From positions 169,678,233 through 169,742,232 of the forward strand of contig NC_058131.1 in assembly GCF_016433145.1 (NCBI RefSeq): a DNA stretch of 64,000 nucleotides, in the 5' to 3' direction. The position numbers and the translations under genes were made by a program. Numbering within the stretch: the first letter of the stretch is position 1; every line of letters starts with the position of its first letter. The notes below the pieces were generated by a model. That model did not search any database, was not told the DNA's origin, and saw nothing but the letters and a program-made list of their open reading frames with translations. Positions 37,519-47,810 of the stretch are shown piece after piece. Source of the DNA: Gracilinanus agilis. Taxonomy: Eukaryota.

Positions 37519-38677
37519 CCTAGTAGTTACTGAGAAGAGATTTGAAGCCAACCTTTCTTGTATCCTCAAGGAAACTATCCACTACTCTGTCTATCTTGGA
37601 TGGTTGTATTCTGAAGGATAAAGATAATGTGGGAGGACATCTTAGTCACTGTAAAACATACAAATGTAAGAGCACTAGAAACATAAGAATTGGAGCTGGA
37701 ATAGACCTTATATGGTCATTTAATCCAACCCTCCTCCTTTTTACAGATGGGCAAATTTAATCTGATAAAAGATAAGGAAGGGAGGACCAAGGTCACATAG
37801 GTAGTATAACTGAGTTAAGTGCAAACCTAAGGTACCTCTGATTGACTGGAGAGGGAAGGGGAGGATGAGGGAAGAGAATCTATTTTTCTTAGTATGCCGT
37901 GAACTCAAGATAATCATATAAAGTTCTCTTCATTCCTGGAAACTTGTTTTACCAGGCAGACACGGATGTAGGTCACCAATACACCCAAGAAAGGCACTTT
38001 TCAGAAAACCCACCCCCTGGCTTGGTTGAGCTTCTTTCTCTCTCTCTCTTTTTTTTCCATTCTCTTATAAGGGAACACATATAGGAGGAGGGAGGAGGGA
38101 AAAGTCAGAAATTAGGGAATTGCAATACCAAAAGATAATCATGACATTAAAAAAAAAAAAAAAACCCAAGTCTTTCCAAACTTCTGAGCTATTCATCCTC
38201 CATTCCAAAGAAAAAATAAACCAATAAACAGTTGTTTGGGTAGTGTGTGTCCTGTTACATATGAAGTCTGAGTCAACAAGCCATCAACACTCCTACCCCA
38301 CTCCCAAGCTCTAGTTTTCAGAGAGAAGGACTAGAGGGAAAGGATTTTGAATATAATCTCCACAGAGTAGTTAAAGACCTGTTTTAAAAGCCTTCTGGCC
38401 ATCAAGGGATAATTGGGAAATTATTTGGGAAAACAAACTAGTTCCTTCCTGGAAATGTAATGTCTACAACCAATCTGTGGATAAAGTAGGGCACCTCAGT
38501 AGTACAGTGGATAAAGCAGTGGAACTGGAGTCAGAGACTTGACTTCAAATCTGGCTTCTGTTCATTCCTAGCTCTGTGACGCTGGGCAAGTCATTGAAGC
38601 TCTTTCCCTCCATTTCATCACCTGTAAAATGATAACACTAACCTCCCAAATGAGATAATCTAAAACATTTAGCATAG

Positions 38678-38846
38678 GGACAGCTAGGTGGCTCAGTGGA
38701 TAGAGTCAGACCCGGAGACATTCAAACTTGACTTCAAACATTTCTCTCCTGTGTGACTCTGGGCAAGTCACTTAACCCCAATTGCCTAACCTTTACCCTT
38801 CTTCTGCCTTGAGCTGATGCTAAGATAGAAGGTAAAAGTTTAAAAG
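38678..38846 (+). mobile_element. SINE1-like SINE inserted into a MIR
   Basis: Flanked by duplicated ttagcatag; the MIR (38500-38910) resumes on both sides. Confidence 0.75.
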
Positions 38847-39204
38847 AAACCACTTAGCATAGTACCTGGACCATTGTAGAGCTAAATAAAAGTTAGCTAT
38901 TATTATTAATAGAAAGAGTCGGTGATGAAACTTTTGGTTCAAGCCCAGCTCTGCCTCTTACTAGTTGTTTAATGTTGGGTAAATCATCACCAATTTGAGT
39001 CTCAGTTTCCTCTTCTGTAAAAGCAGAGCCATGGATGTTCTACATGAAAGATCAGGTCATGTTTACTTCTAACACTGTGGGGAGTTCTTCATTCCACAAA
39101 TGCTAGGTATTGCTCCTTTAGCTCAAGAATGCTCCATGCTCTATTGGGTGAATCTCCAACCATTGCTTACCCCCACCACCACCACCTCTGCCTTTTGATG
39201 CTTT

Positions 39205-39600
39205 ACTTTAGTCAGTCAGCCAATAAGCATTTATTAAGCATTTGCTTTGTGCCTGGCACCACGCTAAGAGCTGGGAATACAAAGCAAAGCCAAGGAGAGT
39301 CCCAGCTTTCCAAGAGTCCGGTGAGGGCAGAGACATCCTGCAAACAGCCATGGACAACAGACAAGCCTTATTCGGGACAAAGTGGAGACAATCAGAGAAG
39401 GAAGGCACTAGCATTAAGGGACACCCCCAGGAAAGTCTTCTCAGAGGGATTTTAGCTGAAGATTTCACTGAAGCCAGGGAGATCAGGAGGTGGAGGTGAA
39501 GAAAGAATCTCGGGCCTGGGGAGCAGTCAGGGAAAATGCCTGAAGCCTCGAGACCAAAGATCTTGTGCCAGAAACAAGGAGGCTGGTGTCCCTGGATGAC
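39205..39600 (-). mobile_element. L2 3' relic
   Basis: cagtcagccaataagcatttattaagcatttgctttgtgcctggcacc. Confidence 0.7.
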
Positions 39601-41511
39601 GTCGTGTTGGGGACGGATTTCTAGAGTTTTTCTCTCTGAGCCTCATTTTTACAAGAAGAGAATGTTGAGGTAATACGAGTGCGTCTCAGGGGTGAAGTTT
39701 CAGTGCCTGAGTTCACTGCCACGTCCTGAGGAACGCCATCCTTCCATTTAACTTCTTACGAAAGAATCTTCTCAACTTCCAACTAAAACCTCATTAAGGC
39801 TCTGACTTGGAATTCCAAAAAGGTTATCCCCTCGGATTGGTGTTTTCTGGGGACTCTATGAAGATGACGAACGGCCAGTATCCTGGCAATAGAGAATGAC
39901 GACAGATGGATACCAAGTACTGCACTGACACCCAGAAGAGGGCCCTCCCGGGGCCTGGGTCCATTCCCTTTGGAAGATTCCCCTTTTGCTGCAATGGAAG
40001 GACTAAAGAGGGTGCACTGTATGCAATATACCGGACAGTCAGGTTTCACCGGGGACAGAGCCGAGCCTGAATTCAGGAGGACTCCTCTTCCTGAGTTCAA
40101 ATTTGGCCTCAAACACTAGCTGTGTGACCCTGGGTAAGTCACTTAAACCCTGTTTGTCTCAGTTTCCTCATCTGTCAAACGAGCTGGAGAAGGAAATGGT
40201 GAACCACCCCAGTATCTCCGCTAAGAAAACCCCAACTAGGGTCCCAGAGACTGAAAATGACTGAATAAATGTATATAAGGGGTGGAAGTACTCACCCTCG
40301 AATGGCAGAGATGTACTAAGCACTGAAGTATCAAATATTAAAGATGCATGTTCTGGGGAATATAAAATTAATAAAATAAACTTTTTGTAGGATAAGGCAG
40401 ATCTTTTCACCATCCTGATCCGTTACCACTGACACCAGTCACCGTCCGGCCACGGCCGGCCCCTCTCCTCAGAGCCCTGGGAATGGCAGCCGCCGCGGTC
40501 CAGGGATGGGAGCTATCAGTGCTCTCTGCAGCTGCTGTAGTCCCTGAACTTCTAGTAGTCCCAATTACTTAAGACCCAGGAAAGAAAGTTTGTGTCACTT
40601 CAGTCCTTCACTTAAATCCTAATGTTCCGCATTGGAGACCGAGATGGTTTTATTCATGGAAATGATATGAAAGAGTGTGCATTATTTTCTGTTTTGCTGC
40701 TGTCTCCTAATGACCACCAGGCTTTCCCATCTGACTTGCAACTGAGAGAGCCGTCTCTGCGTGCAGGGACTCTCTTGATTTTCCATTTGTACCCCCAGGA
40801 CTTAGCACAGTACCTCACATGCAGTAAAAGCCCAAGAAATGTCTTTCCATTCATTAATTACTAGGATGCCATCTCTACTCATCATAAGGCTTTATTTGAG
40901 GGAAATGCCAAAGCTGTAATAATTCTCCAAGAAAGGGAATTCGGTTTCTGAGAGATGGGATACTTCTTTACACAGACTGAAGGGGAGTTTTACATCATTG
41001 GAAAAAATTCATATCCATGCACTGGCATATGTTGAGGGTGGAGAGGTGCACATGGGGCGTATGTGGATGTTTGATGAGCACACACAGATACCCTGTGATT
41101 GTTTATCTGCTTCTTAGGTGGGAAAGAAAAAGGCTTTTAACTGGTTGGTTAATATGCAGTGTCTGTCACCCAGCATTATGCTTCTTAATCGAGGATTTTG
41201 GAGGACAAAGTAAAGAAAACCCAAGTTATAACCCTTTTGAAAGCAGATCAAATGTTCTAAAAGTGAATAGAGAATTTTCTTTGTCACTTCAGAGTCAAAG
41301 GTCTCATCCTCACCCCGTGGAAAAGCCACAGCTCAATGTATCAACCATACCTTTCAAGGAAATATTCTTGCTGTGAAACAAAAATCAAGAGAAATATATT
41401 CCTGGAGGAAAAGTACACTCTCTTTGGATATTTGTATATCTAAATAAATGTTTTCCACACAGAGCCCCTATTAGAAAAGGCAGATTTTAGTTTATGCAAA
41501 AGGGTTTCTTG

Positions 41512-41870
41512 GGGGCAGGTGGTTGGATCAATGGATTGAGAGCCAGGTCTAGAGATAAGAGGTCCTGGGTTCAAATTTGTCCTCAGCATGTAAAACCCAG
41601 TGGAATTGCTTGTTGGCTACAGGAGGGGAGTAGGAGGAGGGAAGGGAAAGAACATGAATCATGGAACCATGGAAAAATATTCTAAATTAATTAATTAAAT
41701 AAAATTTTCTAACAAAAAAATACTTTTAAAAAATCTGTCCTCAGACACTTCCCAGCTGTGTGACCTTGGGCAAGTCACTTAACCCCCATTGCCTAGCCCT
41801 TACCACTCTTCTGCCTTAGAATCAATATACAGTACTGATTCTAAGACAGAAGGTAAGGTTTTTAAAAAAA
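41512..41870 (+). mobile_element. SINE1-like SINE split by an L1 insertion
   Basis: Head gggcaggtggttggatcaatggattgagagcc; the tail resumes at acacttcccagctgtgtgacc after the L1 insert. Confidence 0.8.
41587..41730 (+). mobile_element. 5'-truncated L1 3' end inserted into a SINE1 copy
   Basis: 14-bp TSD aaat(t/c)tgtcctcag at 41573-41586 and 41731-41744; A-rich tail. Confidence 0.75.
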
Positions 41871-42889
41871 AAGTTTAATGTTTTCTTTTATATATCAGCT
41901 TCTAATTTAAAAAACAGAAATCATTGTTTTAATAGCCAAAGCAGATACAAAGTTAAGGGCTTAAATGGCAGGTTTTTCAAATAAAGTTTCCTGACAGCAC
42001 AGGCCACTTTCTGTTTGTATCCCCATTACCTAGCATGGTATCAGGCACACAATAGGCACTTAATAAATGTCTTTGATTATTGATTGCCTTTGGGTCCATT
42101 CTTGGGAACAGCTCACAAATTATCTGATTTCCTTCCACTTGGAAAACACATGCTCTTCCTTAAGTTGCAATAATTCAACCTTTTAACTGAACATCTAGAG
42201 TCCTCCAATCTTCTGAATTCAATTCCCTAAGATTAAGAGAATAATTCTTAAAGATGAAAACATTTTATCACACTGACTCAGCATAATTGTAGTATAGTTG
42301 CATTGGTTTAAGAAAAAAGTAAAATTTTAGTATTTAGAGTTGGAATGAGCGTTTGAGATCTTCTAGTCTAACCTCATTTTACCAACGAGGGGAAAAAAAG
42401 CTCAGGGTGCATGTGTGTGTGTGCGTGTGGGCTTGTGCACGAGCTCAGTGAGTGGGTGAGTAAATGACTTGCCCACAGTCACAGAGACTTCACCCTGATT
42501 TGTCAAGCCCCAGGTAATTATTTTTAAACTGCCAGTGAATTTTAATAAATCTGTGTGAAGGTATATATACTCTATAAGTCTACTTACATATGTGTGAATA
42601 CATGTTAGATGTCCTCAATGATTATAGATATATTCGGTAATAACACGAAAAGCCAAACCCTATCATTTGCACAGAAAAATTAAACTTCGTATGGTCTGTG
42701 AATGGATATCTGAGAATATTCCAGTCAATGATAATTGTTGGAATCATAGGAATCTCAAGGTAGAAGAGATTTTGGAACTCATCTAATGGAGCAGTTCTCA
42801 AAATTTTGATCTCAAGACTTTTTTTACACTTAAAAATTGAGCCTCCCACACCCCCTGCCCCTAGATCTTTTGTTTAAGTGGATTGTATT

Positions 42890-43132
42890 TAGTGGTGTGC
42901 CAGTAAATAACTAGCTCTCCAGAAAAAGGAAATGTTCACACTGCACACTTTAAAATTTAATTTGAATTATAAACATTTTCTCCATCATTTTCTTAACTCT
43001 AGATAACCAATGAAGCAATAGATCAATCCCTGGTTTGTAGCATTTATTAATTTCCAAGATGTAAATAGTCACACTAGAAACTTAACAATAGACTCTTGAG
43101 AGCTGGTTTGGGCTGTTGCCAGCACCCTGCTG
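42890..43132 (-). mobile_element. MER63-like element nested in an older Charlie-type MITE (~42792-43268)
   Basis: agtggtgtgccagtaaat...ccagcaccctgctg; the host element termini cagttctcaaaattttg / cacactttaagaaccaatg flank it. Confidence 0.7.
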
Positions 43133-44954
43133 GTTATATCCATAGATATCTGCTGTATTTGAAATGAAAATATCTTAGTATTATTATGAAAATAGCTTTG
43201 ACCTCAAGGATTTCCTGAAAGGGTCTTAAGGTCCCCAGGAGTCCCAAGACCACACTTTAAGAACCAATGATATGGTTTAACCCTTTCATTTTAGTGAGGA
43301 AACTAAGGCTCAGAAGGTCAGAGTAGAGGTTAGATAGGTTTAACTTACAGAGTAAGATTTGATCCTAAATTGCTGGACTCCAAATCCTGTGGTCCCAAAC
43401 TGCTTTCTATTTTCTTCAGAATGATAGTTTACATTTATACAACACTTCACAAAACACATTTCTGTTTTCTTGAAAGTATAAATACTTCCTCCCCAAATAA
43501 TTTTATCATAAAATGCTCAGAGGTTTCCCACAATTTAAATGTCAAGAGATATGTTCTTTGGAATCTCATGAATATTTAGAAAAATTCTGAAAGTTGGCAA
43601 TTAAAAAAATTTTTTTTGCTATAATATGAGGCTCTGAACAATCTATCCCAAGGATTTATTTGGGGAATTGTTGAGGGAGGAAATGGAGAGTCTTGGGTGC
43701 ATCCTAAATTGTACAATACATTATTCAAAGAGCACAGATGAGGAATTCTTTAAAAAGTTGATCAACTGGAACACCGTATATAGTAATTATGGTGGTCTGG
43801 CCTTACCTCCAAACTAATCTCCATTTGACTAAGAAATAAGAAATAATTAGCAAGGACTGAGGTTAGCTCTTTTTTGCTAAAGGTACAGTTCTTCACCTTT
43901 GACAAGACAATATATACTTTGACCCTTTTTTTTCCCTTTTCCACAGCAGGCCCAGCACTTATTCCCAAAGTTAATCGTAAGTCCAAATTCTGAGTGCAGA
44001 GCTCTGACACACGGGATCATGGAATCATCATGCACTCATCAATCTTCCACATGTCTCAAATTAATATTATATCACTCTAGAAGCAACACTCATTAGGGCA
44101 ACCATGGCATTTAACATCAAAAAACTCTTCTGGGGGCTTGACATGGCAATAGGATAGGGGGCTCCCTCTCCTGTCTTAGGACTTCACAGTATCTGGCCAT
44201 TTTGTATTTCAAAAAGGATGTAAAAGACAATGCAGTATCTTCATATACATATTTCATGCTCTGTGACTGAGCTGGGATCCATACCCTTCCTTCCTTTGTC
44301 AGCCCTCCAGGGGAAACTTTCCATATCTATAACCTGAAGAAAAAACACTGAATTTTGGGCAAAATTAGCATTACCACTCAAATAGACTGTTCTTAGCAGA
44401 AGCACAGGATAGCGTGGGAGAATGATGAAAAATCCAAGAAAAAACACAAAAGTGCCTGGAAGAAACCTTGATTCTTCACCAGGCCCCACCAAGTCTTCAC
44501 ATCATCCCTTATGCCTTGCACCATCAGATCTTGACCAGAGGAAGAATAACAATAACATTGGGTGACTGCGTAAAGTTTCTTTGTGGCTGGGGGGTGAGCA
44601 CACAGAAATAAAGCTTTGTTGGAGGCAAAGTCAGCCCATAGACTTCTTCAAAGTCTCTGCTTCTCTCAGAACTGGGAACTGGTGAGTGCCAAAAGAACGT
44701 TTGAGCCGAGAGGACACAGAACAGTCTGCCGAATGCTCCAGGCGTCCACTCGGCCTGGAGCGGAGCATCGCTGCTCTCACTGAACACGGCCCCAGACCAC
44801 TGGTCCCTTGTTTCAGGAGGTCAACAAATACGGACTGTCCTGGGGAAGAACTCGAGGGTCTACCCTGCTGGGAGGCTCCAGACCTACCAACTCCCCGGCA
44901 GAATGACCGTCACAGCGCTGTCCCTCAAGCCAAAGAAACTTGTGCTGGGCCTAG

Positions 44955-45314
44955 TTACACGTCAGAGGTCCTTATGTGCTCGTCGTCCAGGTTGTACATA
45001 AACGGTTTCTCTTTGGGGTGCTGGGGCTCCGAGCGATGCCGTACCCGAGAACCTGACAACACGGCGGCATCGCCGTCCCCGAGTCTGGACATGAACGGGG
45101 AGCCTCTAGAAGTCTCTTCATTCAGAAGCACCTTGTCATCTGCCTGCGGGACAGGCGTCCAGGGCTGCCAGGATGAAGCAACGAAGGGGGCTTTGTAAGG
45201 ACCTTTCTTCTCTTCCCCAGGTGGCCTTCCTCTGCATGAGGTGGGGGTGGGCACACCTGAGAACGTGGAGCTTCCAGGCCGGGACAACGAAACTGATCTA
45301 GAGAAGGACATTTC
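44955..45314 (-). CDS. PLEKHA2: PLEKHA2 last coding exon (C-terminal PDZ-binding motif TSDV)
   Basis: CAG|EMSFSRSVSLSRPGSS...RHRSEPQHPKEKPFMYNLDDEHIRTSDV*; 360 nt. Confidence 0.97.
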   Translation of the reverse strand, partial: EMSFSRSVSLSRPGSSTFSGVPTPTSCRGRPPGEEKKGPYKAPFVASSWQPWTPVPQADDKVLLNEETSRGSPFMSRLGDGDAAVLSGSRVRHRSEPQHPKEKPFMYNLDDEHIRTSDV

Positions 45315-46075
45315 CTGGGTTGAGAGAGGGAGAAAATGACAAATAAGGATGGGTGGTATCATGAGTCAGGATATTCAATTCACTTACGCATGGCACTTAC
45401 GCAGGCTGGGTTCAAGAAAAAGATTCTTATAAAATAGACCATACTTGCAAGAAGAATATAGGATATAATATAGGAATGTCATAATATAATATTTATTATA
45501 TATACACATGTAGAATATATAATACATAAAAATATATACATATATACAAGTAAGCATAACAGAAGATAATGTGATTGACAAAGACAAAGAAGACAGGTTC
45601 ACATAGTGCTCTTGGAAAATTTGAGAAGGGAAAAGTGAATTTTCAATTGGGGAAATCAGTATAGATTTCATGAAGAAAGTGGCACCTACAGTAGGCCTTG
45701 AAAGAAAAAAAAAAGATTCCTTCTGTTTTTTTCTTTTAATTTCAACGTTTATATTGGTCTTAACAAACACCAAATATAATGGGCATTTGCAGGTATAGGG
45801 CAGAACTGAAATGGAGAATTGTACACATAGTAGAATTGGAAAACAGGACTAAGCAGGAAATTGAGGGTCTCATGTAGAGTTCATTATTATTCTTTTTAAA
45901 TTTAAGCTTATTAAAAAGCTTAGACCACACTAACCCTTGTATAACAAGATTGATTTGTAGCTTTCAAAGCTATCCTTATCTGACCCTCTTTCTGTTCTTT
46001 TTTTCTCCCCTTTTTTGGAAAAGATACCTCAGTGACATGAAAAAGAGGTTTTCAACTGGCAAATATGAGGAGGGA

Positions 46076-46405
46076 CAGTATGAGTGTACTAGAGCCAGCT
46101 CCTAGAATTCTATCTCAGAAAAGTCAACTGTTAAATTTTTAGTATAATCATTTATACCTCAGCAAATGTTATCAGTCAGAGCTTAATTTATTGTTTGTTT
46201 TTTATTGTCTAGACTTAAGAAAGTGATGGAGAAAGTGTTAATAATGCAGCTTAAACTTTTAAAATGTGCTGTCTACACATTTTTTTATTAAGAAAATTTT
46301 TCCATGGTTACATGATTCATGTGCTTTCCCTCCCCTCCTCCCGCCCCCTCCCATCTACACATTTTTAAAAAAAACAATTGTTAAACATTTACCAATACAC
46401 CCCTG
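46076..46405 (+). mobile_element. MER63-like element interrupted by a short L1 3' fragment
   Basis: gtctagacttaagaaagtgatggagaaagtgttaataatgcag...gttaaacatttaccaatacacccctg. Confidence 0.7.
46285..46353 (-). mobile_element. 5'-truncated L1 3' end (~70 bp) with TSD
   Basis: TSD TCTACACATTTTT at 46272-46284 and 46354-46366; TT|AAAA endonuclease-type site; L1 3'UTR-like ccatggttacatgattcatg. Confidence 0.75.
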
Positions 46406-47134
46406 AAGAAGATTATAACAATTATGGGTGACAGTATCTTTGAATGCACAGAGCTGGAGAGGGCAAAACATAATTGTGAAGCAGTTGGTACTTCAAGCTG
46501 ACTGGGACATATTTCTATGGAATCAGGATGGAAAAGGATTAAAATCAATTACTGAGGGTCTTAAATTCCAGAATACTCTCATAGGAAGTAGAGCTGAATG
46601 AGACCTTAGAGAACAACTGGTCCTATCCTCTCATTTTGCAGTTAAGGAAACTGAGGCTAAACTGATTACAAAGCCAGGATTCCTCATATTCAAAATTCAG
46701 TGCTTTTCCCACTGTACAACACTTTGTGTAGTTTGTTCCAATGCCCCGGAAAACTACCCCCCAACATCTCTAATTTATAACTCCATGTATCCTTCCAATA
46801 GAAACACAAACAAACTCAGTGGTATCTGAAGTCTGAATCCAGAACTGTCCTTTGATCCCAGTGACAGGTATGTTTGCTGCAAAATTATAGCATAAACATT
46901 TCTTCTTCCCTTTCCCTTAAGCTCTCCATAACTACCCTGGTCTCTGCCATCCCAGAAAAGACTTGAATCTAGACCAATAGAGAAACAAATAAAAAGGAGA
47001 AAATATTCTAATGCTTGCAGCTGCATCCTGGGCATAGACTGCTTGCCTGTCCCCATCACCCAATAAAACATGGCCATTCAGTAAGCATTATCTTTAATTG
47101 GTATTAACTGTGTAATAGAAAGGATGTGACTTAC

Positions 47135-47212
47135 TTTAGGATGGCACTTGAGAGCCTGGACAGCTGCACCAATCTCCTTGATCCAGCTGTGCATGTCTTC
47201 TGGGCTGTCAGC
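47135..47212 (-). CDS. PLEKHA2: PLEKHA2 penultimate coding exon
   Basis: CAG|ADSPEDMHSWIKEIGAAVQALKCHPK|GTAAG; 78 nt. Confidence 0.96.
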
Positions 47213-47419
47213 CTGGAAAACATTTATATAGTTGTATGGAAGTGCTTCAGAACATAGTTTCTGCCCATATTTGACCTTGGAAGTTCACAGAATGACAGAA
47301 GTACAGATCTGTGAAGGGATCTTTGGATCACAAGATTTAGGTCTCTGGAGAGACCTTAGACACCACCTAAATCAGGAAGTTCTTATCTTGGCATCGGTGA
47401 ATGTAAAACAATTTTTGAT

Positions 47420-47810
47420 AACTATATTTCTTTGTAATTAACAATTTTCAATAAATGAAAGTGTTTTTTCTGTCTCCTGACTTTTCCTTCAACTGAGAAA
47501 ACAAGAAAAATAAAACCCTTATAACAAACATGTATGCTTGAGTAAATAAATTCCCTTATTAGCCACAGGCAAAAATAATATATCTCAATGTGCTGAGTTC
47601 AACATCTATCTGCATGATTAAATGACACAATAAAATGTCATTTAAAATATTTATTTATTTTTAAACCATTTTCCCATGTTTACATGATTCATTTTCTTTC
47701 CCTCCCCTCTTCCCTTCCAGAGCCAACAAGCAATCTCACTGGGTTGTGCAAATGTTATCACTTGATACCCGTTTCCATATTTTTCTAGTGTCATTTTTTT
47801 TTTTAAATGG
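47420..47810 (-). mobile_element. L1 3' end fragments
   Basis: catgtttacatgattcattttctttccctcccctc..ccaacaagcaatctcactggg. Confidence 0.6.

Noticed and set aside
44686-45198. 170-aa plus-strand ORF
   Set aside because: Antisense shadow of the GC-rich PLEKHA2 last exon and proximal UTR; no independent evidence.
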